Shown here: positions 7,568-20,787 of the stretch, piece after piece
Position numbering within the stretch: position 1 is the first letter of the stretch
Layout: each line of letters opens with the position of its first letter
DNA from: Candidatus Dormiibacterota bacterium
GTDB taxonomy: Bacteria > Chloroflexota > Dormibacteria > Aeolococcales > Aeolococcaceae
Assembly (NCBI GenBank): GCA_036495095.1
Contig: DASXNK010000194.1
Location: forward strand, 14,498-78,497
Direction: 5' to 3'
DNA: 64,000 nt
The notes under the pieces: model-generated
The model's database searches: none
Told to the model about the DNA's origin: nothing
Seen by the model: only the letters and a program-made list of their open reading frames with translations
Made by a program: the position numbers and the translations under genes

Positions 7568-8488
7568 TCAGCGACGGACGACGGTGGCGGGACGGCGCGG
7601 CGCCGGCGGCTCGTCCCGCAGCCGGGGGCGGTCGAGCAGGCCGAGCCAGGCGGGGGCACCGGGACGCACCGGCAGCGGGGCATCGCGACCGTCGCCGCCG
7701 CCGCTGTCGTCGTCGGCGTCACCGTCGGCGCCGCCGGGCTCGAGCATCCGCCAGAGCACCACGCTGAAGGCGGCGAAGAGGGCGAGCTTGCTGAGCAGCG
7801 CCATGCACGCGCCGGCCAGCTGCTGATCGGTGAGCGGGTTGACCCCGAGGCTGCGCGCGGCGTCCGCGTAGTCGGTGTAGAAGGCGCGGTGGGCGAGCGC
7901 GAAGAGCAGCCCGGCGAAGGTCTGGGGGATGGTGGCCAGGAGAATGTAGCCGAGCTTGCCGAGCGAGCCCATGCACCACCGCCCGCACCCACCGGGCTTG
8001 ACGATCGGCCACCAGAAGGCGAGCGAGACGGCGAGCAGGCTGACCTGCTGGAGCGAGTACAGCTCCGGGTGCCGGAGGCAGGCGCGGTAGAGGGGGCCGG
8101 CGTGCCAGCCGAAGAAGACCACGTTCACGAGCACGATGGCGAGCGCCGGGTGGGCGAGCCACTCCAGCCGCCGCCCCCAGCGCGACCGCATCCCCGCGGC
8201 GGGGTCGAGACCGAGGAGCAGCAGCGGGGGGACGAAGCCCATCACCAGCGTCACCTGGATGAGGTGGGCGGTGAGCAGGTAGTGGGCGGCGAGGGTCGCC
8301 AGCGGGGAGACGTAGGCGATGGCGAGGAGGATCAGGGCGAGCATCGCGCACCAGGGCCGCAGGCCGAACAGCGACTCGCGCCGCCGCCGGCCGGAGATCA
8401 GGGCCGCGACCACCACGACGGCGACCACGGCGAGCGCAGCCAGCAGCACCGGGCTGAGGGTCGGGTCGGTCGGAGCGGGCCTGGCCAT
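7568..8488 (-). CDS. CtaG/CopD-like polytopic membrane protein (cytochrome oxidase assembly family), weak call
   Basis: ~8 TM helices; 'LLTAHLIQVTLVMGFVPPLLLLG' resembles the AH(M/L)xQ motif region of Caa3-type CtaG; Asp/Gly-rich C-terminal tail. Confidence 0.35.
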   Translation of the reverse strand: MARPAPTDPTLSPVLLAALAVVAVVVVAALISGRRRRESLFGLRPWCAMLALILLAIAYVSPLATLAAHYLLTAHLIQVTLVMGFVPPLLLLGLDPAAGMRSRWGRRLEWLAHPALAIVLVNVVFFGWHAGPLYRACLRHPELYSLQQVSLLAVSLAFWWPIVKPGGCGRWCMGSLGKLGYILLATIPQTFAGLLFALAHRAFYTDYADAARSLGVNPLTDQQLAGACMALLSKLALFAAFSVVLWRMLEPGGADGDADDDSGGGDGRDAPLPVRPGAPAWLGLLDRPRLRDEPPAPRRPATVVRR

Positions 8489-8684
8489 CCGGTCTCCTCA
8501 GGACGCTGACGCGCCCACTGCCCGGAAACCGTAGCAGGCCGCGCCCCGGCAGGCCAGCGGGCGACGGGCACCCGCATCCCGGCCGGCCGGGGGGGCGCTC
8601 CGCACATCCGCGCTCCCTTCGGTCAGGATAGGCGACCGTGAACGGGCTGCTCCTGGGTGACCGCCCCCGCGGCTGGAGAGGCGT

Positions 8685-9245
8685 GTGACCGCCGGCCGCG
8701 GCCGGCGGGAGCCGACCATCCCCTACCACGTGTCGCGGCGCACCAGCCGCCCCCCGGAGCGGGTGCTCGCCGACATCGCCCGGCTCGAGGTCCCCCGGGC
8801 CAGCGTGGTCGCGCGCGGCTCCACCCACCTCGTGCTCGCCCCCGGCCGGTCACCGCGCTACGGCGCCGGCGCCGCGGTGACCGTGGGCATCGCGGTGGTC
8901 TTCGGAGTGCTCATCGCCTCGGCGTCGTCGGTGGCGCTGATCGCCCTGCTCCCCGCTGCGCTGCTCCCGGGGGTGCCGCTCCTGCTCCGCCACGACCCGC
9001 GGGTCGGCGTCGGTGCGGTCGAGGACGCGGGCGCCACCACGGTCACGGTCAGCGGCGACATGTGGAGCGCGCTCGCCGTCGCCCTGCACAGCTACCTGGC
9101 CGGGCTGCCCACACCCACCACCGGCGACGGCGCATCCCCGCCGCCGGAGACGGACCCGCCCGCCGCGCCCGTCGGTCCCACCGCCGTCAGCGCCACTCCG
9201 GCGTCGGCGCCGGTCGCGTCACCCGACGACTCCGCCGCGCCCTGA
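8685..9245 (+). CDS. hypothetical membrane protein
   Basis: GTG 8685 with GGAGAGG upstream. Central hydrophobic segment 'VGIAVVFGVLIASASSVALIALLPAALLPGVPLLL'. Pro/Ala-rich tail. Confidence 0.4.
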   Translation: MTAGRGRREPTIPYHVSRRTSRPPERVLADIARLEVPRASVVARGSTHLVLAPGRSPRYGAGAAVTVGIAVVFGVLIASASSVALIALLPAALLPGVPLLLRHDPRVGVGAVEDAGATTVTVSGDMWSALAVALHSYLAGLPTPTTGDGASPPPETDPPAAPVGPTAVSATPASAPVASPDDSAAP

Positions 9246-9274
9246 TCTGCGGCGGCGGATGCGGCTAGCGGGGG

Positions 9275-9904
9275 CTAGCGGAGGACGCGCACCACCGCGA
9301 CCACCACACCCTCGAGGTGGAGGTCGCGGACGTAGATGGGCTCGAGCGCGCGGTTCTCGGGCTGCAGCCGGATGCGCCCCGCCTCGCGGAAGAAGCGCTT
9401 CACGGTGACCTCGTGCTCCCCGGTCTGCTCGTTCTCGATGCGCGCCACCACGATCTGGCCGTTGCTGGCGTCGCTCTGGGGGCGGACGACCACCATGTCG
9501 CCATCGTGGATGCCGCACTCGATCATGCTGTCGCCGCGGACGTGCAGCGCGAAGGCGTCGTCGCCGCCGGCGATCTCCGGCCCGAGCACGATGCGGTCCT
9601 CGATGTTCTCCTCGGCGAGGATGGGACCACCGGCGGCCACCCGACCGACCAGCGGGACCGAGAAGCTCCGCGGGACCGCCACCGGCTCGTCGCCGACCAC
9701 CTCGACCGTGCGGGACTTGGTGGGGTCGCGACGGATGTGACCCTTCTGCTCCAACGCATTCAGGTGGTTCTGCACCGTCGACGAGGAGCTGAGCCCGACC
9801 GCCTGCCCGATCTCTCGGACGGTGGGCGGGTATGCGTGATTGCGGGCGTGATTCCTGAGGAATTCCAGGATTTCCCGCTGCCGCGGATTGAGGCCCTCGA
9901 CCAT
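9275..9904 (-). CDS. lexA: LexA repressor
   Basis: N-terminal wHTH 'LNPRQREILEFLRNHARNHAYPPTVREIGQAVGLSSSSTVQNHLNALEQKG'. C-terminal S24 peptidase with 'AAGGPILAEE' cleavage region and 'VRGDSMIECGIHDGD...VKRF' Ser/Lys dyad. Confidence 0.95.
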   Translation of the reverse strand: MVEGLNPRQREILEFLRNHARNHAYPPTVREIGQAVGLSSSSTVQNHLNALEQKGHIRRDPTKSRTVEVVGDEPVAVPRSFSVPLVGRVAAGGPILAEENIEDRIVLGPEIAGGDDAFALHVRGDSMIECGIHDGDMVVVRPQSDASNGQIVVARIENEQTGEHEVTVKRFFREAGRIRLQPENRALEPIYVRDLHLEGVVVAVVRVLR

Positions 9905-9962
9905 GAAAATGTCCTCTTCGGCTGGCGCGTCGCGGAATGTAGCACGGGCGGCGGGGGAAATG

Positions 9963-9975
9963 CAAACGTTTGTTC
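9963..9975. promoter_or_regulatory. degenerate LexA box CAAACGTTTGTTC upstream of lexA (autoregulation)
   Basis: One half-site mismatch versus GAAC-N4-GTTC. Followed on the lexA strand by TACATT (-10-like) ~21 nt downstream and a GAAGAGGA RBS. Confidence 0.5.
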
Positions 9976-10024
9976 CCGGGCACTCGCGGAGTGTGTGGGG
10001 GCCCCTCCGGGACGTGCGTTCCGG

Positions 10025-11205
10025 TCAGCCGCCGAGGGCGCGGATGCGCCGGCAGGCCTCGTCAATCCGGTCCTCGGGAGCGGTCAGCGACACCCGGAAG
10101 AACCCCTCGCCGCCGGGCCCGAAGGCGACTCCGGGGGTGACGCTGACAGCGGCGCGGTCGAGCAGCCGGGCGGCGAAGGCGCGACTGTCGCCGTCCCCGG
10201 GCACCGGCGCCCAGAGGTAGAAGGTGGCGCGGCTGCGGGGGATCTCGACGCCGACGGCGGCAAATGCCGCGCAGAGCCGGGTCTGCCGGCCGGCGATCAG
10301 CGCATTGCGCGCCGCCAGCGCCTCCGGGGGCTCGTCGAGCGCCGCCAGCGCGGCCCGCTGCACCACCGCGAAGATGCCGCTGTCGACATTGCTCTTCACC
10401 CGGGCGAGCAGTCGGATCGCCGCGGCGCTGCCCACCGCCATCCCCACCCGCCAGCCGGTCATGTTGTAGGTCTTGCTCAGCGAGTGGAACTCGACGCCCA
10501 CCTCGAGCGCCCCCGGCGACTGGAGCAGGCTGGGGGCCCGGTAGCCGTCGAAGGTGATCTCGCTGTACGGCGCGTCGTGGGCGCAGAGGATGCCGCGCTC
10601 GGCGCAGAAGGCCACCGCCCCGTCGAGGAACTCCGAGGGCGCCACCGCCGCGGTGGGGTTGTTCGGGTAGTTCAGCCAGAGCAGCCGGGCCCGCGCCGCC
10701 ACCGCGTCGGGCACGGCGCCGAGGTCGGGGAGGAAGCCCCGCTCCGGTCGCAGTCGGAGGCGGTGGGGCTCGCCCCCGGCCATCAGCGCCCCGCTGGCGT
10801 ACACCGCGTACCCGGGGTCGGGCACCAGCACCACGTCTCCGGGGTCGACCACCGCGAGGGGGAGGTGGGCGATGCCCTCCTTGCTGCCCAGCAGCGGCAG
10901 CACCTGGGTGTCGGGGTCGAGCTCGACGCCGAAGCGCCGCCGGTACCACGCGGCGATGGCGGCGCGCAGCTCGTCGAGCCCGGCGTAGGCCGGGTAGCGG
11001 TGGTTGCCGGGGTCGCGCAGCGCGGCCTCGGCGCGCTCGACGATCGCCGGCGGCGTCGGCAGGTCGGGGTCGCCGACGTCGAGCCCGATCACGTCGACGC
11101 CCTCGGCGCGGAGCTGCGCCACCCGCTCCCGGATGCCGGCGAAGAAGTACTCGGGGATCCCTGCCAGCCGGGCGGCGGCGCTCACCGGCGGCCTTCTCAC
11201 CGCGC

Positions 11206-11209
<4 letters not shown>
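10025..11209 (-). CDS. dapC: class I/II PLP-dependent aminotransferase, DapC-like
   Basis: 'SLSKTYNMTGWRVG' PLP-lysine motif and 'NYPNNPT'. GTG start at 11209 overlaps the dapF stop (GTGA); 394 aa. Location next to dapF suggests a DAP-pathway role. Confidence 0.7.
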
Positions 11210-12027
<818 letters not shown>

Positions 12028-12930
12028 CGATGACCTCGGCGGCGAGCCCGTCCACGGATCCGGCGTCGCGCTCCAGCCAGAGGATCCGGGGATCGCGCCG
12101 GAACCAGGTGCGCTGCGCCTTCGCGTACCTCAGGGTACGACGCACCAGCGAGTCGACCGCGCCGTCGACGTCGCAGACGCCGTCGAGCACCGCCAGCGCC
12201 TCGCGGTAGCCGATCCCGGCGGCGTCCAGCGCGGGCCGGGCGACACCCCGCGCCAGCGCCTGCTCGACCTCGGCGAGCAGCCCGCCGCCTTCGAGGAGGC
12301 GGCGGCTGCGCTCCTCGACGAGGCGGCGGTGCAGCTCCGGCGCCACCGTCAGCGCCACCTGGGTGGCGGGCAGCGCACCGCTGCGCCCGCGCACCGCCAG
12401 GGTGCCGCGGCCGTCGAGGATCTCGAGGGCGCGCACCACCCGCCGCGGGTTGCGCAGGTCGACCCCGGCGGCCCCGTCGGGGTCGCGCAGGACCAGCTCG
12501 GCGGCGAGCTCGGCGAGACCCTCGGGCCGCTCCCCCAGGGCGAAGCGCCGCTCCCGGGTGGCGGCGTCGGGCTCGACGTCGGCCAGGTCGAGTCCGTCCA
12601 CCAGGGCGCCGACGAAGAAGCCGGTGCCGCCGACCACGACCGGGACGGCGCCGCGCCCGTGGATCTCGGCGACGGCGCGGCGAGCGAGGTGGAGCCAGGC
12701 CGCCACCGTGAAGGGCTCGCCGGGGTCGCGCACCCCGAGCAGGTGGCAGGGCACGCCGCGCAGCTCAGCGGCGGTGGGCGCGCAGGTGCCCACGGTGAGG
12801 CCGCGGATCACCTGCCGGGAGTCGGCGTTCACCAGCTCGGCGGCGCCGAGGCGCTCGGCCACGGCGACGGCGAGCGGGGTCTTGCCGGTCGCGGTCGGCC
12901 CGGCGACCACCAGCAGATGCGGGGCCGGGG

Positions 12931-14742
12931 TCACGGACGGCGGAAGGCGCGTCGCAGGGCGGCGTCGTCGAGGAGCACCGCGGTCGGCCGCCCGTGGGGA
13001 CAGGTGGTGCCCCCCGGCGTGCTGACGAGCCGGTCGAGCAGCCGCTGCTGCTCCTCGGCGCCGAGCGCGTCGCCGAAGCGCACCGCGCTGTGGCAGGCGA
13101 GCAGCGCGGCGACGCGGTGACGCCGCTCCGCCTCCGGGCCGCCCCCGGGGTCGCCGTCGAGGGTGTCGAGGAGCTCGAGCAGCAGCCGGGTCACGTCGGC
13201 GCCGGCGCAGGCGGCGGGGACGGCGGCGCAGCGCAGCGTCCGCGGGCCGAACTCGTCGATGGCGAAGCCGAGGGCGGCGATGGCGCCGGCGTGCTCGGCC
13301 CGGCGCGCCATCGCGGTGGCGTCGACCTCGACCAGCACCGGCAGCAGCAGCAGCTGGGAGGCGCCCGCCGGGCCCGGTCGCGGCGACCCCGCCCCGGGCT
13401 CCCAGGCGGCCAGCAGCTCCGCGTAGAGCACCTTCTCGTGGGCGGCGTGGGGGTCGACGAGCACCACCCCGAGCGGCGACTCCGCGACCATCCAGGTGGT
13501 CCCCGCCTGGCCGAGGCTGCGCAGCGGGGAGAGGGCGGCGATCCCCCCGGGCGGAGCGGTGCCGCCGGCGAGCGCCTCCGCGGGCGGGCTGGCGGGCTCG
13601 ACCGCGGCGGCGCCGCCACCGGGGTGCGGCGGCCACGCCCCGGCCCCGCTGCGCCGGTAGGGGTGGGGCCCGGCGGAGTCGTGGAGGGCGAGTGCCGCCA
13701 TCGGCCGGGCGCCGTCGCCGAGCATCCCGTCCCAGTGCATCGCCGCGCTGTGGGGGCGCCCCTGCTGCTGGACCACCGCCCAGCAGGCGCGCTGCACCGC
13801 GGCGAACACCCTCCCCTCCTCGCGGAACCGCACCTCGCGCTTCGCCGGATGCACGTTGACGTCCACGGCGGAGGGGTCGAGCGCCACCGTGACCACGCCG
13901 AAGGGATGGCGACCGGCGGGCAGCAGGCCGCGGTACGCCTCCTCCACGGCGACGCCCAGCGCGCGGTTGTGCACCCGCCGGCGGTTGACCACGAGCACCA
14001 CCCCGCCCCGGCCGGCGCGGTGCGCCCGGGGCTCGGAGACGGCGCCGCCGACCTCGATCTCGCCCTCGGCGGCGATCTCGATGAGCTGGCCGGCGGCCTC
14101 GGCGCCGAGCACCCCGCGGAGCGCGTCGAGGAGCACCCCGCCGGGGGTGCGGAGCGCGCTGCGACCGTCGAGGCGGCAGCTGAACGCGACCTCGGGACGG
14201 CAGAGGGCGAGATCGGCGACCGCGCGCACGCAGGCGGCCCCCTCGCCCCGGCGGGTGCGCAGGAAGCGGAGCCGGGCGGGCGTGGTCGCGAAGAGATCGC
14301 GGACCTCCACCGTCGTTCCCGGTGCGTGGGCGGCGGGGCCATGCTCGAGGGTCTCCGAGCCGCGCACCCGCAGCCGCGCCCCGGCCGCGGCGTCGCGGCG
14401 GCGCGAGGCGAGCACCACCTCGGCGACCGCGGCGATGCTCGCCAGCGCCTCCCCGCGGAAGCCGAGGCTGCCCACCCGCTCGAGGTCGCCGACCCCGCCG
14501 ATCTTCGACGTGGCGTGGCGGGCCACCGCGAGGGGGAGCTCGGCGGCGGCGATGCCCTCGCCGTCGTCGCTGACCCGGATCCGCACCAGGCCACCATCCT
14601 CGACCTCGACGTCGACCCGGGCCGCGCCGGCGTCGACCGCGTTCTCGCAGAGCTCCTTCACCACCGACGCGGGGCGCTCGACCACCTCTCCGGCGGCGAT
14701 GGCGTCGGCGACCGCGGGAGGCAGCAGCCGGATCGGGCTCAC
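12931..14742 (-). CDS. mutL: DNA mismatch repair protein MutL
   Basis: GHKL ATPase N-terminus 'IRLLPPAVADAIAAGEVVERPASVVKELCENAVDAGA', 'VSDDGEGI'. GTG 14742 overlaps the mutS stop. Confidence 0.9.
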   Translation of the reverse strand: MSPIRLLPPAVADAIAAGEVVERPASVVKELCENAVDAGAARVDVEVEDGGLVRIRVSDDGEGIAAAELPLAVARHATSKIGGVGDLERVGSLGFRGEALASIAAVAEVVLASRRRDAAAGARLRVRGSETLEHGPAAHAPGTTVEVRDLFATTPARLRFLRTRRGEGAACVRAVADLALCRPEVAFSCRLDGRSALRTPGGVLLDALRGVLGAEAAGQLIEIAAEGEIEVGGAVSEPRAHRAGRGGVVLVVNRRRVHNRALGVAVEEAYRGLLPAGRHPFGVVTVALDPSAVDVNVHPAKREVRFREEGRVFAAVQRACWAVVQQQGRPHSAAMHWDGMLGDGARPMAALALHDSAGPHPYRRSGAGAWPPHPGGGAAAVEPASPPAEALAGGTAPPGGIAALSPLRSLGQAGTTWMVAESPLGVVLVDPHAAHEKVLYAELLAAWEPGAGSPRPGPAGASQLLLLPVLVEVDATAMARRAEHAGAIAALGFAIDEFGPRTLRCAAVPAACAGADVTRLLLELLDTLDGDPGGGPEAERRHRVAALLACHSAVRFGDALGAEEQQRLLDRLVSTPGGTTCPHGRPTAVLLDDAALRRAFRRP

Positions 14743-17333
14743 GTCGCGGACTCGGCGGTGCCCACCCGGTGCCGCCACTCGGCGAGCTTGTTCAGCGCCG
14801 CCAGCGGGGTGAGCCCGTCGAGGTCGAGCCGCCCCAGCTCCTCGACCACGGGGTGGGTGGCGGCGGGCAGGGGCAGGCTCAGCTGGGCGCTGGGGGCGGT
14901 GCGGGGCCCCAGCGGCCGCGCGCTCTCGAGCTCGGCCAGCAGCTCCCGCGCCCGGGCCACCACCCCGGCGGGGATGCCGGCGAGGCGGGCGACGTGGATG
15001 CCGTAGGAGCGGTCGGCGCCGCCCTCGACGATGCGGTGGAGGAAGGTGACGCTGTCGCCGTCCTCGACCACCTCGACCCGCGCGTTGCGCACCCGCGGCA
15101 GCTGCCCGGCGAGCGCGGTGAGCTCGTGGTAGTGGGTCGCGAAGAGGGTGCGGCAGCGCAGCTGCGGGGCCTCGGCGAGGTGCTCGACCACCGCCTGGGC
15201 GATGCTCATCCCGTCGTAGGTGGAGGTGCCCCGCCCGATCTCGTCGAGGATCACCAGGCTGCGTGGGGTCGCGGTGTTGAGGATGGCCGCGGTCTCGGTC
15301 ATCTCCACCATGAAGGTGGAGAGCCCGGCGGCGAGGTCGTCGTGGGCGCCCACCCGGGTGAAGATGCGGTCGCAGACGCCGATCCGGGCCCGGCGCGCGG
15401 GCACGAAGCAGCCCACCTGGGCGAGCAGGGTGATCAGCGCCACCTGCCGCAGGTAGGTCGACTTGCCCGCCATGTTCGGGCCGGTGAGGATGACGATCGG
15501 CGCCGCGCCGCCGTCGAGGACGCAGTCGTTGGCGACGAAGGCGCCCGCCGGCAGGCTGTGCTCGACCAGCGGATGGCGTCCCGCCTCGACCTCCAGCACG
15601 GTGGAGGCGTCGACGGTCGGACGCGTCCAGCCGAGCTCGTCCGAGATCTCCGCGAACGCCCGGGTGACGTCGAGCTCGGCGACGCAGCCGGCGGCGGCGA
15701 GCAGCGCCCCGGCGTGGCTCGCGACCAGCGCGGTGCAGGCCTCGAGCACCTCGAGCTCGCGGGCGACGGCGCGCTCGCGGACCCCGAGGACCACCGTCTC
15801 CTGCTCCTTGAGCGCCGGGGTGATGTAGCGCTCGGCGCCGACCAGGGTCTGCTTGCGGACGTAGTCGGCGGGCACCGCGTCGCGGTGGGCGTTGGGGATC
15901 TCGAGGTAGTACCCGAAGATGCGGTTGTAGCTCACCCGGAGCGAGCGGATGCCGGTGCGGCGCCGCTCCTCCTCCTCGAGCCCGGCGATGTAGACGCGCG
16001 CCCCCTCCCCCGCCGCCAGCAGCGAGTCGAGCTCGGCGTCGGCGCCGGGACGTACCGCGCCGCCCTCGCGGGCGTGGGCGGGCGGGTCGTCGACGAGCAC
16101 CTCGGCCAGCCGGCCGGCGAGCCCCTCGGGGGCGGTGCAGCCGGCGGCGGCGGCGACGAGCAGTGCCCCTCCCCCGCCGGGGACGGTGGCGGCGACCAGC
16201 GGCATCGCCTCGCAGGCGGCGCGCACCCCGGCGAGGTCGCGGGGCGAGGCCAGCCGCTGGACGCAGCGGCCCACCAGCCGCTCCAGGTCGCGCACCCCGG
16301 CGAGCGCCTCGCCGAGCCGCTGGCGGGCGGCGCGGCCGGCGACCAGCGCCTCGACCGCGTCGAGGCGGGCGCGGATCGGCTCCACCTCGACCAGCGGCTC
16401 CTGGAGGCGGCCGCGCAGCATCCGCGCCCCCATCGGGGTGCGGGTGCGGTCGAGCAGCTGGAGCAGCCCCGGGCCGGCACCGCCGAGGGGGCCGAGCAGC
16501 TCGAGGTTGCGGCGCGCCGGCGGGTCGAGGCGCATCACCTCCCCCAGCGCCCGGGGGCGCACCCGCAGCCAGCCGCCGCCGGTGGCGATGCGGGAGCGCT
16601 CACAGTAGGCGAGGGCGGCGCCACCGGCGGCGATGGCGGCGCCCAGCCCCTCGACCCCGAGCCCGCGCAGGCTGGCGGTGCCGGTGGCCTCGCGAAGCCG
16701 CTCGCCGGCGCGCACCGGGTCGAAGAGCGACCCCGGCAGGGTGGTGCGGACCGCCCGCGGCGCCAGCGTCGCCGGCGCCTCGCACCCCTCGGGGAGGAGC
16801 AGCTCGGCCGCGGCCAGGCGCTCGCACTCCTCGGCAAGCGCGGCGGAGTCGAGGCCGCCGGCGACCTCGCAGAGCTGGAGGTCGCCGGTGCTCGCCTCCA
16901 GCGCCGCCAGCCCGACCCGCCCGGGCAGCGGGGCCAGGACGACGCAGCGCACCGCCCGGGCGGGCTCGAGGAACGCGTCCTCGAGCACCATCCCGGCGCT
17001 GAGCACCCGGGTGACCTCGCGGCGCACCAGGCCACGCCCGGTGGCCTCCTCGACCTGGTCCCAGAGCACCACCCGCAGCCCCGCCTCGAGCAGCCGGCGC
17101 AGGTAGCCGGTGAGCGCGTGCACCGGCACCCCGCACATGGCAAGCCGCCCGGCGCTGCCATAGGCACGGCTGGTCAGCGCCACCCCGAGGATCGGCGCGG
17201 CGCGCTCCGCATCCGCGCCGAGCATCTCGAAGAAGTCGCCGAGGCGGGCGAGCACGATCGCGTCGGGGTGCCGCTCCTTGACGGCGCGGTACTCGCGCAG
17301 GATCGGGGTCTCGCCGGCGTCGTCGAGGGTCAC
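14739..17333 (-). CDS. mutS: DNA mismatch repair protein MutS
   Basis: 'TPILREYRAVKERHPDAIVLARLGDFFEMLG' mismatch-binding N-terminus and Walker A 'LTGPNMAGKSTYLRQ'. GTG 17333 chosen. The 1310-aa track ORF includes upstream out-of-gene sequence. Confidence 0.85.
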   Translation of the reverse strand: MTLDDAGETPILREYRAVKERHPDAIVLARLGDFFEMLGADAERAAPILGVALTSRAYGSAGRLAMCGVPVHALTGYLRRLLEAGLRVVLWDQVEEATGRGLVRREVTRVLSAGMVLEDAFLEPARAVRCVVLAPLPGRVGLAALEASTGDLQLCEVAGGLDSAALAEECERLAAAELLLPEGCEAPATLAPRAVRTTLPGSLFDPVRAGERLREATGTASLRGLGVEGLGAAIAAGGAALAYCERSRIATGGGWLRVRPRALGEVMRLDPPARRNLELLGPLGGAGPGLLQLLDRTRTPMGARMLRGRLQEPLVEVEPIRARLDAVEALVAGRAARQRLGEALAGVRDLERLVGRCVQRLASPRDLAGVRAACEAMPLVAATVPGGGGALLVAAAAGCTAPEGLAGRLAEVLVDDPPAHAREGGAVRPGADAELDSLLAAGEGARVYIAGLEEEERRRTGIRSLRVSYNRIFGYYLEIPNAHRDAVPADYVRKQTLVGAERYITPALKEQETVVLGVRERAVARELEVLEACTALVASHAGALLAAAGCVAELDVTRAFAEISDELGWTRPTVDASTVLEVEAGRHPLVEHSLPAGAFVANDCVLDGGAAPIVILTGPNMAGKSTYLRQVALITLLAQVGCFVPARRARIGVCDRIFTRVGAHDDLAAGLSTFMVEMTETAAILNTATPRSLVILDEIGRGTSTYDGMSIAQAVVEHLAEAPQLRCRTLFATHYHELTALAGQLPRVRNARVEVVEDGDSVTFLHRIVEGGADRSYGIHVARLAGIPAGVVARARELLAELESARPLGPRTAPSAQLSLPLPAATHPVVEELGRLDLDGLTPLAALNKLAEWRHRVGTAESAT

Positions 17334-17401
17334 CGTCGACCGCGGCGAGGGGCTCTCTCCGGCCGCCGCGGCGTGCGGCGCCCCGCCGCGGCGTCGGCGG
17401 G

Positions 17402-18787
<1,386 letters not shown>

Positions 18788-18877
18788 GACCGGGAAGTCT
18801 AGGGGCTCACTCGGTGGTCGACGCCATCCAGGGCAGCATAGCGAACATCCGTACGGAAGACCAGCGCCGGACCAGGC

Positions 18878-19138
18878 TCAGCGCGACTCCACCAACAGCC
18901 GGATCCCGGTCCTCTCCTCTCCGTCGATGCTGATGTCGATGAAGGACGGGATGCAGATGAGGTCGATCCCGCCGGGGGCGACGTAGCCTCGGGAGATGGC
19001 GATCGCCTTGATCGCCTGGTTGATGGCGCCGGCCCCGATGGCCTGGACCTCCACCTTCTGAGAGCTGCGGATCACACCCGCGATCGCTCCCGCCACGGCA
19101 ACGGGCTTCGAGGTGGCCGAGACCTTGAGGATTTCCAC
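18878..19138 (-). CDS. spoVS: stage V sporulation protein S homolog
   Basis: 86 aa 'MEILKVSATSKPVAVAGAIAGVIR...QAIGAGAINQAIKAIAISRGYVAPGGIDLICIPSFIDISIDGEERTGIRLLVE' is near-colinear with B. subtilis SpoVS. AGGAA RBS. Confidence 0.9.
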   Translation of the reverse strand: MEILKVSATSKPVAVAGAIAGVIRSSQKVEVQAIGAGAINQAIKAIAISRGYVAPGGIDLICIPSFIDISIDGEERTGIRLLVESR

Positions 19139-19257
19139 GGCGGGTTCCTACGACGTTGCGAGAACGGCTTGCGGACGTGCCGGGCCGAGAACGGCCGGGC
19201 CGGAGAGGAGTGGTGCGAGCGGATTCTCTGAAGCGGGAGCAGGAAAGTCAATTGCGG

Positions 19258-20787
19258 TCACTTGGCGTACTCGACGGAGCGGGTCTCGCGGAGCACCGTC
19301 ACCTTGATCTGACCGGGGTAGGTGAGCTCGGTCTCGATGCGCTTGGCGATGTCGCGGGCCATGACCACGGCGGTGTCGTCGTCGACGCGCTCGGGCCGGA
19401 CCATGACCCGGATCTCCCGGCCGGCCTGGATGGCGAAGGTGCGCTCGACCCCCGGCATCTCGTTGGCGATCGCCTCCAGCCGCTCCAGGCGCTTGATGTA
19501 GGAGGCGAGGGTCTCGCGACGCGCCCCCGGCCGTCCCGCGGAGATCGCGTCGGCGGTGAGCAGCACGAAGGCTCCGATGGTCCTCGGCTCCTCGTCGTAG
19601 TGGTGGGCGCGGACCGCGTGGACCACGTTGGCGGGCCGTCCCAGCCGGGAGAGGATCTCGGCGCCGATGACGGCGTGCGACCCCTCGATCTCGTGGTCGA
19701 CCGCCCGGCCGATGTCGTGGAAGAGGGCGACCTCCCGGGCCTCGTCCTCGTCGGCCCCGATCTCGGCGGCGATCATCCCCGCGAGGGCGGCCACCTCGGT
19801 GCTGTGGACGAGCACGTTCTGGCCGTACGAGGTGCGGAAGCGCAGGGTGCCCAGCAACTTGACCAGCTCGGGATGCACGCCCTGGATGCCCGCCGCGAAG
19901 CAGGCCTTCTCCCCCTCCTCCTTGATCAGCAGCTGGATGTCCGAGCGGCTCTTGGTGACCATCTCCTCGATCCGGGCGGGGTGGATGCGACCGTCGGTGA
20001 GGAGCTTCTCGAGGGTCATCCGGGCGACCTCGCGGCGCACCGGGTCGAAGCCGCTGAGCACCACCGCCTCGGGGGTGTCGTCGATGATCAGGTCGACCCC
20101 GGTGGCCGCCTCGAGGGCGCGGATGTTCCGGCCCTCGCGGCCGATGATGCGGCCCTTCATCTCGTCGCTGGGAAGCTGGACCACCGTCACCGAGGTCTCG
20201 CCCGACTGGTCGGCGGCGTGCCGCTGCATCGCCGCGATGAGGATCTCGCGGCTGCGCTGGTCGGCCTCCTCGCGGACCCGGTCGGAGGCGGCGCGGATGC
20301 GGGCGGCGATCTCCGGGGTCAGCTCCGCCTCGACCCGGGTGATGATCTCGTCGCGCGCCTCGCCCTGGGTGAGGGCGGCCACCCGTTCCAGCTCGGTGGT
20401 GATCCCGGCGCGCTCGGCGTCGATGCCGCCGCGCACCTCCTCGAGCTCCAGCTCGCGGCGGCCGAGCCGCTCCTCCCGGGAGTCCATCTCCTGGGCCCGG
20501 CGCTCCATCGCCTCCTCGCGCTGGGCGCCGCGCTGCTCGAGGCGGGCCAGCTCGGCGCGGCGCTCCCGGTTCTCCGTCTCCACCTCGGAGCGGAGCTTCA
20601 GCGCCTCCTCCTTGGCGGCGAGCATCATCTGCTTGCGCTGCTGGTCGAGCTCGGCGAGGGTCTCGCGGTGGCGCTCCTCGTCGGCGGCGCGGGTGGCCCG
20701 CTCCTTCTCCAGCTGCTGTCGGGTGTAGAGGATGGCGCCGGCCAGGGCGACCGCGGCCACGGCCAGCAGGATCAGGGCTACCAGCAT
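19258..20787 (-). CDS. rny: ribonuclease Y (N-terminal TM, KH, HD domains)
   Basis: '[21 protein letters not shown]' TM anchor, coiled-coil, KH '[17 protein letters not shown]', HD '[17 protein letters not shown]...HDIGRAVD'. ATG 20787. Confidence 0.9.
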   Translation of the reverse strand: MLVALILLAVAAVALAGAILYTRQQLEKERATRAADEERHRETLAELDQQRKQMMLAAKEEALKLRSEVETENRERRAELARLEQRGAQREEAMERRAQEMDSREERLGRRELELEEVRGGIDAERAGITTELERVAALTQGEARDEIITRVEAELTPEIAARIRAASDRVREEADQRSREILIAAMQRHAADQSGETSVTVVQLPSDEMKGRIIGREGRNIRALEAATGVDLIIDDTPEAVVLSGFDPVRREVARMTLEKLLTDGRIHPARIEEMVTKSRSDIQLLIKEEGEKACFAAGIQGVHPELVKLLGTLRFRTSYGQNVLVHSTEVAALAGMIAAEIGADEDEAREVALFHDIGRAVDHEIEGSHAVIGAEILSRLGRPANVVHAVRAHHYDEEPRTIGAFVLLTADAISAGRPGARRETLASYIKRLERLEAIANEMPGVERTFAIQAGREIRVMVRPERVDDDTAVVMARDIAKRIETELTYPGQIKVTVLRETRSVEYAK

